DNA of 64,000 nt from Candidatus Thorarchaeota archaeon. GTDB lineage: Archaea; Asgardarchaeota; Thorarchaeia; Thorarchaeales; Thorarchaeaceae. Where the stretch lies: NCBI GenBank assembly GCA_048884965.1, contig JBHLQH010000018.1:1-64000 (forward strand). The letters run 5' to 3'. Below are positions 19,896 through 29,499 of the stretch, one piece after another (within the stretch, counting starts at the first letter, position 1; every line of letters begins with the position of its first letter). Below the pieces are notes generated by a model that worked only from the letters and a program-made list of their open reading frames with translations, made no database searches and was not told the DNA's origin. The position numbers were made by a program, and so were the translations under genes.

Positions 19896-20486
19896 ATGAG
19901 CAATATATTCATTCATGAGAAGGCAGTAGTAGATGATGGGGCCCAGATTGGAGAAGGAACTAGGATCTGGCACTTCGCGCACATCAGGAGTACTGCAAAG
20001 ATTGGGAAACATTGCAACATCGGAAAGGGCGTCTATGTTGATGCAGATGTGGTCATAGGAGACAATGTCAAGATCCAGAATGGCGTTTCTGTCTATCATG
20101 GCGTAACCATCGAGGATGATGTGTTCTGTGGCCCTCACATGACCTTTACAAATGATATGTATCCCAGAGCGTTTGGAGATACATTCGAGGTGTCAAAGAC
20201 CTTGGTCAAGAAAGGTGCATCTATCGGTGCACACGCAGTCATCATATGCGATACAACACTAGGCGAATATTGCATGGTTGGTTCAGGATCCGTGGTGACG
20301 AAAGATGTTCCAAACCATTGCCTTGTCGTTGGAAATCCAGCTCGCATAATCGGATTTGTCTGTACATGCGGTCAACCCCTCAAAACTGAGATATCAAAAA
20401 CTGATGATGAGATTACCTACAAATGCAGCAAATGTCAGGAAGTAGTTTCGATTCCAAGAGATATTTATGATCTAAAAGAAAGGTAG
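19896..20486 (+). CDS. Hexapeptide-repeat N-acetyltransferase (WbpD-like) with zinc ribbon
   Basis: IGEGTRIWH, KIQNGVSVY, FTND, VGNPAR, CTCG...CSKC. Confidence 0.85.
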   Translation: MSNIFIHEKAVVDDGAQIGEGTRIWHFAHIRSTAKIGKHCNIGKGVYVDADVVIGDNVKIQNGVSVYHGVTIEDDVFCGPHMTFTNDMYPRAFGDTFEVSKTLVKKGASIGAHAVIICDTTLGEYCMVGSGSVVTKDVPNHCLVVGNPARIIGFVCTCGQPLKTEISKTDDEITYKCSKCQEVVSIPRDIYDLKER

Positions 20487-20493
20487 TGAGATA

Positions 20494-22590
20494 TTGTCCC
20501 ACCTCTACAAGAAGTTCGTCAGCGAACGAATCATCTCCATGATTGCTAGAACAGAGAACATCAGGAATTGCACTGTCATAGCTCATATAGATCATGGAAA
20601 GACGACATTGACAGATTCGTTAATCGCAGCATCTGGATTGCTCTCAAAAGAGATTGCTGCAACAGCGCGTCTTCTTGACTATGATTTGATTGAACAGCAA
20701 AGGGGAATAACCATCAAGGCTTCTGGAATCTCTCTCATTCATTCATATGAAGACGTAGAGAATCTTATTCACCTGATAGACACACCGGGCCACATTGATT
20801 TCTCAAGCCACGTCACAAGAGGCTTGAGATTGACAGATGGTGCTATCGTCGTTGTCGATGCGATCGAGGGCTTGATGGTTCAGACTGAAACAGTGACGCG
20901 TCAAGCAATGAAGGAATTAGTCAGACCTGTCCTCTTCGTCAACAAGGTCGACAGGCTCATCTCTGAGAAGAGATTTGGTACAAAGAAGGTCGCGGAGGAG
21001 ATCTCCAAGGTAGTAAGAGAATTCAATGCTATGCTTGGAAAGTACCTGGACGATGAAAGACTAGAGGAGTGGGAAGTATCATTCCTCAGGGGGTCTCTCT
21101 GCATTGGATCAGCTCTGGATAAATGGGCTATTGGTATTGGAGACCTTTTGAAACGAACAGAAGGAAGAACGAGTCCTGCAGACTTATCTAAGGCATTCCT
21201 CCAATTGATTTCAGAAATCGTCGACCGGTATTCGAAGAGCGAAGAAGGATCATTGACAAAAGAATTTCCTGTGGCTGAGCGTGTGCTTGATGCGGTTGTA
21301 AGGACAGTACCAAATCCGATGAATGCCCAGAAGTACCGAATCCCAGTATTCTGGGATGGCGAGATGGATTCGAGTCTTGGAAAGAGTCTGCTAGGATGCA
21401 ATAGTGATGGCCCCTTGTTGCTGTTGGTAGGGGATGTACAACCAGATCGTCATGCGGGGCTAGTAGCTGCCGTACGGATATTCTCAGGAACTCTGGTAAG
21501 AGCAAAACCATTAGTGAATCTGAGAACAAACAAAGAAGGGAAGACGTTGCAGATAGGTCTCTTCATGTCGAAGACAAGAGTACCACATGATGAGATTCAG
21601 GCAGGTAATCTTGCATTTATCTCCGGAATCAAAGATCTGTCTACTGGGGATACATTGGTCGAAGCAGGTATGGAAGCAGTCATCCCAATGAAAGGATTGC
21701 AATATCCAATGGAACCAGTGGTGACGTATACCATAGAACCTAAGAAGTTGTCAGAGCTAAGTGAGGTGCAGACGGCTATAGCTGAGTACGTGATGACAGA
21801 TCCAGCCTTGGATTTTGAGATGAATGCAGAAACTGGGGAGATGCTCTTGTCGGGAGCAGGAGAACTTCACGTTGAGATTAGTGTAGAGAAGCTTGAGAGA
21901 ACGGGCACTCATGTGATTCTAGGAAAACCAATGGTTCTGCTAAAGGAGCAGATGTCAGAGAATGGAATTGATACAACCGTAAGTGATGAGGGCACAAGTC
22001 AATTCACTGTGCAGGCAATCATCTCTCCTAAAGACATTCCAACAGAACTTGGCAAGGTACTTGATTCCAACGAGATGTCAGAATGCTATCTCCTAGACCA
22101 AACAGGCAAGATCAATCCTACCAGCGAAGAGGCACAATGGGTACAAGAGGCATTCAGGGTTGTAATCAGAAACGGTCCAGTACATAATGAGAGGATGAGA
22201 GGTGTCACTATCCTCATCAAGGAAGCACTGATCAAATATGAGTCACCAGAAACTTCTTGGAGAGATATCACGCAGCCCCTTGTATCTGCTATCAGGAGAA
22301 GCATCCTCTCAGGGACGCCAGTGCTTCTCGAGCCATGGCTGAGGCTTGAGATAAGCGCTCCAGAAGAGCATGTTGGTGTCCTATCTTCAATCCTCGCGAA
22401 ACGAAAGGGAGACATCTTGGAGATAGACTCGGATAGATCCCTGTATAGGATTCAGGCCGAGATTCCAATTGAGGAGTCCTTTGGACTTGCTAATGAGATA
22501 CGAACTGAGACCTCAGGTTGGGCAACATGGGGTGCAAAACCTGGAGAATATCGAGAAATAAGAAAGATTGACCTTGAGGAAGAATACTAG
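20494..22590 (+). CDS. Translation elongation factor 2 paralog (aEF-2p)
   Basis: AHIDHGKTT, RGITI, DTPGHIDF, NKVD, GELH and LLEP; diphthamide HRG loop replaced by SPETSW. Confidence 0.85.
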   Translation: MSHLYKKFVSERIISMIARTENIRNCTVIAHIDHGKTTLTDSLIAASGLLSKEIAATARLLDYDLIEQQRGITIKASGISLIHSYEDVENLIHLIDTPGHIDFSSHVTRGLRLTDGAIVVVDAIEGLMVQTETVTRQAMKELVRPVLFVNKVDRLISEKRFGTKKVAEEISKVVREFNAMLGKYLDDERLEEWEVSFLRGSLCIGSALDKWAIGIGDLLKRTEGRTSPADLSKAFLQLISEIVDRYSKSEEGSLTKEFPVAERVLDAVVRTVPNPMNAQKYRIPVFWDGEMDSSLGKSLLGCNSDGPLLLLVGDVQPDRHAGLVAAVRIFSGTLVRAKPLVNLRTNKEGKTLQIGLFMSKTRVPHDEIQAGNLAFISGIKDLSTGDTLVEAGMEAVIPMKGLQYPMEPVVTYTIEPKKLSELSEVQTAIAEYVMTDPALDFEMNAETGEMLLSGAGELHVEISVEKLERTGTHVILGKPMVLLKEQMSENGIDTTVSDEGTSQFTVQAIISPKDIPTELGKVLDSNEMSECYLLDQTGKINPTSEEAQWVQEAFRVVIRNGPVHNERMRGVTILIKEALIKYESPETSWRDITQPLVSAIRRSILSGTPVLLEPWLRLEISAPEEHVGVLSSILAKRKGDILEIDSDRSLYRIQAEIPIEESFGLANEIRTETSGWATWGAKPGEYREIRKIDLEEEY

Positions 22591-22592
22591 TA

Positions 22593-24893
22593 CTATCTTC
22601 TAAGGTAGTAGCGTTTATTCATCATATTCCCAAGATGCGAGAATACGCGTCGCTCAATCATGGATACGGTATCCATCATGCGCAGGGCACGAGTAGTATT
22701 AGAGAAGACAGCATTCAGATATGGTTGCGCTTCCACAAGCTCGGAATCCTCAACCAAATGAAGATAGGAATCTGAAATCTTCAACAATCCCAACCAATCC
22801 TCTGCGAGCAGGAAAGAGTATTGTTCATTGTCCGACGCAATTTTAGATTCTTTGATTTCACTTCTGTCAATATAGGCAGAGTATTGATCTTCAAGAACTA
22901 GGGCGAATTTCATCAAGGACTTTGATAGAGATAGTGCAGTGGCTCGAATGAACTCAGCAGACTCACCATAGTCAGTATCGACCTCCTCTATCAGACCAAG
23001 TGCATGAGCTGATTTGTATAGACCTGTGGCAAGAGATGAAAAATCCTTGTTCTCATAGTAGGACCTAATTGTGTTCGCAAGGGCCGCCTGTCCTTTCCAA
23101 TACTGTGCTAGAAGAGGATCAATCCTAATAAGATCCTCATCGAAATCTTCACTGATTGAGGACACTACTTCCAGACTTATTGCCTCAAGATTTCGTTTCG
23201 CAGTAGCAAGCGCATTCACCAACTTTGAGGTGTCATCTAGCTGGGAATTCTCTTTCAGTAGATTAGCGGATCGTTTCTCCAATGCCTTCCAAGACCCAGT
23301 CAAATAAGGAACGACCAAAGATGCGCCATGGATAAAGATAGAGTCCTCTTGGGATCTCGCATCGATTAGCATCCGATCCACATCTTCTAACAACCTTGAC
23401 ATTCTTGGTGATAGCTCAATACCATGACGAATCGATAGCCATACTAGATTGTAAGTCGCAATAGCTATCTCAATGAAGGACCTGCTGTCCGTTGGAAAGA
23501 GGGGGACATATTGGGATAGGACACCTTGCAGCTCTTCAAGTGCTGCAGGTCTGCTGGGACCGGGAGTCCTCAAGAGAGAAAGCGCACGTCCGACCTTGCT
23601 ACTTAGCACCTCAAGTTCCCTTGCGTTCCCTTTCTTGAGAAGTGTCTCTCGCATCTCAATAGCTTTCTCGAAGGATTCGATCCCAAGTTCCCAATACTCA
23701 TCAGAGTCTGATGAAAGGCATATCCAACCAATTGCATTGTAAGAACGTGCAATGTCTTGCTCATGGTCCTGAGAATCTGAAAGGTTATTCAAAAGGTTTT
23801 GAGCACGATCCAAGTAATCCAAGCTTGTTGACACGTTACCATGTCCACGCATCAGTCCGTATGCGAACCCCAGTCCAGTGAGGCACTTAAAGAGCAGATG
23901 GGTCTGAGTATGGTCAGGATTCTCTATATTCTCAAAGATACTCAACGCTGCTTCCAGTCGTTTGATACCCTCTGGAACAGCTTCTCGCCACCCATTCGCG
24001 AGGATATTTGAGCCAATCACAAGATGCGCGAGACCAAGACCGTCCTTTGAACAATCCTCACAGTCGAGAATCATCTCAAATCTTTGAGCGGCTTCATCCG
24101 CAAACGCTCTGGCAACCTCGAAAGGGATGCTATCGTCCCTAGTCTCATTGATAGCTAGCTGAAGGGTGCAAGCTGCGAGTTTTATTGGATCCTTGATGAT
24201 TTCGGGATCATCTCGTAGCTTCTGGAGAGTATCACGCGATTCCTTGTAGAGTCCGATTTCAGTGAGTACTGATGCTTCATCAAGCGTGATATCAAATGCT
24301 AAATCGTCAAGTCCCTCATCTCGTGCCATGGTCATTAGCCGATTCAGGATCGCCTCTGAGCAATCGAAAGCACCTGCTTCTGAGAGCTTTGTCGTAAGAT
24401 AATGTGCCTCGTAAATCGCCATTTTGGTGGAAGCATCATGTCCACGCGTATATATCCCATCGAGCGTTGCTAGGACTTCATCTGTCAAGAAGGGAAGCAG
24501 GGGCCGTAGATTAAGCTCAATCGCATCGATCATTGCCTGAATCAATTCACCATGTACATCAAGCAGACGCGGTAACGCCTCAAGGTCAGGTATAAGCTCA
24601 CACTCTGCAATTACATGAACCGTATTGTACCGGGCGTCGAGGAGCATCAGCATCTTTCGTAGCGCGTCATCCTTATCAAAGGAGAGTCGAACGGAGAGCT
24701 CAGTAAGTTTAGCACTCGCCAGTCCGGGGCGTCGTAAGATAATCTCTTCGATAGCACGGGCCACATGAAAGTAGAGAGTTGAATCCTTCTCATTTGCGAT
24801 AGCGAGATTCTGAATTGTAGATAGACCGTCGTCGAGGGACAGAGAAGCATATAGAATTTCTCTCAATGCGGCTTTTAGTGCGGATTCCACCAT
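22593..24893 (-). CDS. Large TPR-like alpha-solenoid protein
   Basis: All-helical; TPR-like units such as IARSYNAIGWI...FEKAIEMRE and CLTGLGFAYG...YLDRA. Confidence 0.65.
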   Translation of the reverse strand: MVESALKAALREILYASLSLDDGLSTIQNLAIANEKDSTLYFHVARAIEEIILRRPGLASAKLTELSVRLSFDKDDALRKMLMLLDARYNTVHVIAECELIPDLEALPRLLDVHGELIQAMIDAIELNLRPLLPFLTDEVLATLDGIYTRGHDASTKMAIYEAHYLTTKLSEAGAFDCSEAILNRLMTMARDEGLDDLAFDITLDEASVLTEIGLYKESRDTLQKLRDDPEIIKDPIKLAACTLQLAINETRDDSIPFEVARAFADEAAQRFEMILDCEDCSKDGLGLAHLVIGSNILANGWREAVPEGIKRLEAALSIFENIENPDHTQTHLLFKCLTGLGFAYGLMRGHGNVSTSLDYLDRAQNLLNNLSDSQDHEQDIARSYNAIGWICLSSDSDEYWELGIESFEKAIEMRETLLKKGNARELEVLSSKVGRALSLLRTPGPSRPAALEELQGVLSQYVPLFPTDSRSFIEIAIATYNLVWLSIRHGIELSPRMSRLLEDVDRMLIDARSQEDSIFIHGASLVVPYLTGSWKALEKRSANLLKENSQLDDTSKLVNALATAKRNLEAISLEVVSSISEDFDEDLIRIDPLLAQYWKGQAALANTIRSYYENKDFSSLATGLYKSAHALGLIEEVDTDYGESAEFIRATALSLSKSLMKFALVLEDQYSAYIDRSEIKESKIASDNEQYSFLLAEDWLGLLKISDSYLHLVEDSELVEAQPYLNAVFSNTTRALRMMDTVSMIERRVFSHLGNMMNKRYYLRR

Positions 24894-24964
24894 AACTCTC
24901 CTCTGACTTGAGCCTAAGAGAAGAATGAATCCAATTTAAGCTTTCACAGAAAGGAACCAGCTAG

Positions 24965-25675
24965 TTAGGAGATAGTGAAATCATGCCAAGTTCGAGAAGT
25001 ATCACTACCACGCATTCGTTCCATGCGAAGATTGTGAGCAGGTTTCTCCCCACTATCATCGATCTTGAAACGGAGTACTGCATCGGCCAGATAGGAGAAC
25101 GTTGCATAGGTCTTTTCCTCATGAACTCCATCCTCAAGAATGAACATTATACTATGGGACCCTTGTTTTATCCTACCACTTATCCGTTGTATCGCACGGG
25201 GCATGGTTTCAGGATTGGAATGAAGAATCAGTGTGGACAGACTATCGATGACGATTCGCGCTACGACGAGCTTCTCCAATACCTCGGATAGGACTATGCC
25301 TAGCTCTGATACATCATCAACTTTGGAGAGAGACCTTGCTGACCCTGTCCGAGGAGCACCCATCCGCTCCGAATAGCCATCGATGAAGACGAATTTTCCT
25401 TCCTTCTCGTACTCATCAATGTTCCAACCATAACGAGCCATATCATTCCGAATCACGCGAGGGGATACATCTGTCGTGACAAATACAGCAGGAAAGCCAA
25501 GAGCGATTCCTTCAGCTAGAAAAGATTCTGCATACGTTGTCTTTCCAGAACCGAGCGGACCAAGAAGCATGAAAGATAGTTGAGTGAGTTGACCAAAATC
25601 CACAAGGTCTCCAATCATTGGATGAACCTTTGCAGGCTTCCGTGTTTCCGAACGGAAGACTTTCTTTTCACTCAA
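24965..25675 (-). CDS. Single-domain KaiC/RecA-family ATPase with degenerate catalytic Glu pair
   Basis: GPLGSGKT Walker A, VTTD instead of TxEE, IVIDSLS, FSYLAD, RMRG. Confidence 0.85.
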   Translation of the reverse strand: MSEKKVFRSETRKPAKVHPMIGDLVDFGQLTQLSFMLLGPLGSGKTTYAESFLAEGIALGFPAVFVTTDVSPRVIRNDMARYGWNIDEYEKEGKFVFIDGYSERMGAPRTGSARSLSKVDDVSELGIVLSEVLEKLVVARIVIDSLSTLILHSNPETMPRAIQRISGRIKQGSHSIMFILEDGVHEEKTYATFSYLADAVLRFKIDDSGEKPAHNLRMERMRGSDTSRTWHDFTIS

Positions 25676-25698
25676 TTATTACGCCTCACTAGACTTTC

Positions 25699-26445
25699 TT
25701 AATGACCGGGAGTGATCTCGCCAGGCCATACACGAATCCCTTCATCAGTGATTCTCATCGAATGGATTCTTGAGCTATGTTTTGATCCTCGAAGCTTGAG
25801 AATCTCAATGGATCGTGAACGTGAAGTATCACTGATTTTCTCGTTGTACAGTACCACGACACCCGAAGCGAGAAAAGCCTCAATGTCGAACACGCCCAGT
25901 CCAGAATCTTGGGCGGGTATCTCACTTGTCAGGAGAAGGGTTGCACCACTACGTGTAATATTGGCAGCCAGCTTAAAGAATTCCTCTCTTAGAATATCCC
26001 TACTTCGGAACTTGTACGCCATTATTGAAAGAGTATCAATTACAACACGTTTTGCGCCAACTTTTTTGATATGACTCATTATGATTGCCTCTAACCCTGA
26101 AAGATCAAAGCTGGGATATTCTCCAATCTTCACACGGGCAATCTCCCGAGAAGGAGAAAGGTCTGCAATAGAAAGTAATCCCTTCTCAATCAGGGAGTCC
26201 AAATCCATATTGAAGCGTAACATATTCCTCTTTATCGCTAGGGGGGATTCCTCTAGAGTCACCAGCACTCCGGGTTCATTATACATGGCAGCACCATTGT
26301 AAAGGAATTGGTTGGCAAGGATTGTCTTACCAGTACCAGCTTTTCCAGCAACGAGTATTGTGTCACCTCTTGGAAAGCCACCTTCAATGAGATCATCCAA
26401 GCCTGGAATCCCAGTCTTAACCCGGTCAATTTCATAATTGCTCAC
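25699..26445 (-). CDS. Single-domain KaiC-family ATPase (CI-like)
   Basis: TGIPGLD...GGFP, GKAGTGKT, QFLYNG, VTLEESP, VVIDTLS, EILKLRGSKH. Confidence 0.9.
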   Translation of the reverse strand: MSNYEIDRVKTGIPGLDDLIEGGFPRGDTILVAGKAGTGKTILANQFLYNGAAMYNEPGVLVTLEESPLAIKRNMLRFNMDLDSLIEKGLLSIADLSPSREIARVKIGEYPSFDLSGLEAIIMSHIKKVGAKRVVIDTLSIMAYKFRSRDILREEFFKLAANITRSGATLLLTSEIPAQDSGLGVFDIEAFLASGVVVLYNEKISDTSRSRSIEILKLRGSKHSSRIHSMRITDEGIRVWPGEITPGH

Positions 26446-26768
26446 ATTTCATACCCCTTTTTCGATACCTTGTATCCCAGTATCATCTTCATTATCATCT
26501 CCGGTTCAGGAATACCTGTGACGGAAACGCCTCCTATCATGATCGTTGGCAATGCGAATACACCATATTCCTCAGCAGATTCAGGATTCTCAGATACATT
26601 GATAATAGTTAGCTTGAATGCGCTTTCTCCAAAATCCCGAATAGTCTCCCTTACTACTTCCTCAGCTCGTGGGCAGAACGCGCAAGTGTCTGATTTGAAC
26701 AGGACTATCTCTACGAGAGAGTCATCCTCATCAGCATCTTTAGTGCTTGAGTCTAACTCTTCGTCCAC
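26442..26768 (-). CDS. Thioredoxin-fold CxxC protein (archaeal Trx / KaiB-like)
   Basis: CAFCP and INVSENPESAEEYGVFALPT; stop codon overlaps the KaiC start (GTGA). Confidence 0.85.
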   Translation of the reverse strand: MDEELDSSTKDADEDDSLVEIVLFKSDTCAFCPRAEEVVRETIRDFGESAFKLTIINVSENPESAEEYGVFALPTIMIGGVSVTGIPEPEMIMKMILGYKVSKKGYEM

Positions 26769-26855
26769 GCCGATATTCTCCTAGAGTGAGGTATATGTAG
26801 CAAGTACTGGCTTCAACAAGCACTTGAATGTTTTGAGTAAAAAAAGTGTGTAACA

Positions 26856-27242
26856 TTACTTTCTATAGCCCAAGACTTTGCGGATATTCGTTGAGGCCTT
26901 GCCTATCGCACGTGCATGATATCTTACTTGCTTCGGCATGATAGCAGCAAGAATAAGACCCTGCTTGTCCTGCGATGCGATCTTCCGAAAGACTGCCTTA
27001 CCTGCATAACAACGCACAGAGATGTCCTTGATAGCACCGAGCTTGAGCTCATTCCTTACTCGCTCAACTGTATCGGCAATAAAGCCAGACATTGCAGCAA
27101 CAACATCAGGGTGTGTCGTTGGGGAAACATCAGATGCGATCAGGAATCCATCATCCCTCGCGAGAACTGAGGCATAGAAGCCACCTTCCTTGTTCATAGT
27201 TTCCAAAATTGTTACCAAAGAACGGTAATCCGGTCGCTCCAT
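26856..27242 (-). CDS. Roadblock/LC7 (MglB-like) protein
   Basis: ASVLARDDGFLIAS, VVAAMS, ELKLG pattern. Confidence 0.85.
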   Translation of the reverse strand: MERPDYRSLVTILETMNKEGGFYASVLARDDGFLIASDVSPTTHPDVVAAMSGFIADTVERVRNELKLGAIKDISVRCYAGKAVFRKIASQDKQGLILAAIMPKQVRYHARAIGKASTNIRKVLGYRK

Positions 27243-27387
27243 ATGTAGTCTCCATCCTATGACGTCACTACTGAATCACAGCAGTTCCCTATTAAATAAT
27301 ATCTCAGTGTACTCTATGCCCATGGGATACAGTGACAGTAGGTTTTTAGGTGATATAGCTCTCACATTCCAGTGGAGATGTCATACC

Positions 27388-27921
27388 GTGCCCGTAGAAT
27401 ACCGCTTCAAAGTGGTGATGCTTGGAGATGGTGCTGTCGGAAAGACTGCACTCACAACTCGCTTCACTCAGGAGTTCTTTGATGCAGATTACAAACGGAC
27501 AATTGGGTCAGACTTTGCCATCAAAAAGCTGGAGATACCAGAAATTGATGCAAACGTTACATTGCAGGTATGGGATCTTGCAGGACAGCCACGCTTCGAG
27601 GTGGTCAGGCAAGGATTCTATAGGGGGGCTCGCGGAGGTCTCCTAGTATACGATGTCACTCGAAGGAGAACGTTCCTGAATATCCAGAACTGGAAGGATG
27701 AAGCATTCAAGAATCTGACTCGAGATATTCCTCTAGTCGTGGTCGCAAACAAAGTTGACCTTGATGATAGTAGAATCGTTTCAGAGGAAGAAGGCAGACA
27801 ATGGGCCGAGAAATATGGTCATCTCTATGTAGAATCAAGTGCCCTTACAGGAGTGAATGTGGAAGAAGCCTACGTTACCTTGTGTACGACTATGATTAAT
27901 GAGTCCAAGACCAGAACCTAG
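27388..27921 (+). CDS. Rab-like small GTPase
   Basis: GDGAVGKT, TIGSDF, WDLAGQ, NKVD, ESSA; start set at GTG 27388 behind a GGAG SD; no C-terminal Cys. Confidence 0.92.
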   Translation: MPVEYRFKVVMLGDGAVGKTALTTRFTQEFFDADYKRTIGSDFAIKKLEIPEIDANVTLQVWDLAGQPRFEVVRQGFYRGARGGLLVYDVTRRRTFLNIQNWKDEAFKNLTRDIPLVVVANKVDLDDSRIVSEEEGRQWAEKYGHLYVESSALTGVNVEEAYVTLCTTMINESKTRT

Positions 27922-29057
27922 GTAACCTTTCGTACTGCTCCTTTTAGTAGCCCTAACGCCTTCTTGCATTGCCAGTTGACATAGAATAGACGCTTGTCTC
28001 GAAGTACTTCAGCATCATAGTTCGAAACCAACGATTCGTATCTTGCGATGAATTCTTCTTTTCTCCCTTCGGACGGATCGGATTCGATTTCTTGAAGGAG
28101 ACTCTGAAATGGCTCAAGTATGGCATTGAGTTCAGCAACTTCCCAGCGGACTATCGATCCAGTCCCATCCGCCGTAAGGAATGCAAGTTGGTCTGGGTAC
28201 CACTCAATCCCATCGATTTCGCTTGGAGCGACTCCTTCACCTTGAATAGATCTCGTTTCAAGGTCCCACACAAAGATGTCCTTATCAGCTGAGCCAGAGG
28301 CAAGGTATCTATCATCGTGACTGAATGCAACTGCACGCACTTCCTCATTATGTGCCTGTAATCTTTCATCTATCCTCAGAGGTCTATCAGTATTCCATAG
28401 GACTATCGTATTATCTGATGAGGCGGATGCAAGAAGGTGTCCGCTGTTGGAAAAACGAACAGCTTGTACTGCAGTCCGATGCTCTTCGTGGACTGACAGT
28501 GCCTTGGCTGCGTATGGGTCCCACTCCCGTACTGTTGAATCGACGGAGGATGACACAATGCGATTGTCTTGCGGATCCCAGTCAACACTAAGAACGTAGA
28601 GGGAGTGACCTTTCAAATGATGCATTTGCTTCAGATTGTCAACATCCCATACTATCAATGTCGTATCACCGCTCCCTGACACCAGATAATTCCCATCTGG
28701 AGAGAACGCAACAGATAGAACAGGATAGGTATGACCTTCCAAGGTGGCAAGACAAGAACCATGCCGAATATCCCAGAGCTTTACTACTCGTCCCACGCTG
28801 CCTGTAGCAAGTATGTCCCCCTTTGGACTGAAAGCCATGGATGTACAAAGTACATCATCTTGAATCCTCTGCATCTCCTCACAATTACGAGCGTCATACA
28901 GACGGATGGTTCGATCCTGAAGGGCTGCAGCTATCATCCTACCTACGCTGTTCATGGCAAATCTTCGTGTAATATCGCCGCCCGATTCAGCTTCTGGTTT
29001 CAGTGTTTCAGGCTTGAGAAATAAGGATAGTTCTTTCGACTCCATTTGCCTCACCAT
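27918..29057 (-). CDS. WD40-repeat beta-propeller with short helical C-terminus
   Basis: Multiple GH...V..VAFS..G..L.SGS.D.T..VWD repeats. Confidence 0.92.
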   Translation of the reverse strand: MVRQMESKELSLFLKPETLKPEAESGGDITRRFAMNSVGRMIAAALQDRTIRLYDARNCEEMQRIQDDVLCTSMAFSPKGDILATGSVGRVVKLWDIRHGSCLATLEGHTYPVLSVAFSPDGNYLVSGSGDTTLIVWDVDNLKQMHHLKGHSLYVLSVDWDPQDNRIVSSSVDSTVREWDPYAAKALSVHEEHRTAVQAVRFSNSGHLLASASSDNTIVLWNTDRPLRIDERLQAHNEEVRAVAFSHDDRYLASGSADKDIFVWDLETRSIQGEGVAPSEIDGIEWYPDQLAFLTADGTGSIVRWEVAELNAILEPFQSLLQEIESDPSEGRKEEFIARYESLVSNYDAEVLRDKRLFYVNWQCKKALGLLKGAVRKVT

Positions 29058-29125
29058 AGGTAAGCATCCAAATCGACTCTAGGGAGTGCTAAAAAGCTTG
29101 TGAAAGAAGTAGACACCTTTCGTTT

Positions 29126-29446
29126 CTACTCCCATCTCCAATCATTCTCTTCAGCGAATTCAACCAAGGTGTTTCTAAGCTGTGCTTCTGCAGCCAATGC
29201 AGTTGCGTTCTCATCACAAACACGAGCTGCATGAAATACAACAGTGCAAGAATTCTCCTTAGATTTGTGCTCAAGAATAGTTGTGATACTCACACCAAGC
29301 TCCCGAGACTCAGCATCTTCCAAGATGAATACTCCGGACACCAAGTCATCCCCTCGCCATACTTTGGATAGGATGTCTGCGCATCTATTACTTAGCAAGT
29401 CAATCAACAAATCAATCTCGAGATTATGAATCACCAGTGTATTCAC
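29126..29446 (-). CDS. Hypothetical alpha/beta protein
   Basis: 106-aa ORF between the GTPase and WD40 genes on the same strand, with GAGG SD. Confidence 0.6.
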   Translation of the reverse strand: MNTLVIHNLEIDLLIDLLSNRCADILSKVWRGDDLVSGVFILEDAESRELGVSITTILEHKSKENSCTVVFHAARVCDENATALAAEAQLRNTLVEFAEENDWRWE

Positions 29447-29499
29447 GTTTTACCCTCATATCGCTTCATGGCTCCATAGAGGAGCCAATTTCAGCGGTG

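Noticed and set aside
27368-27379. TTCCAGTGGAGA resembling an ORB origin element
   Set aside because: Single copy, no G-string, no cdc6/orc1 nearby, and it coincides with the GTPase SD.
27259-27387. N-terminal extension of the Rab-like GTPase ORF
   Set aside because: It spans the divergent promoter region; GTG 27388 has an SD and gives a normal G-domain start.
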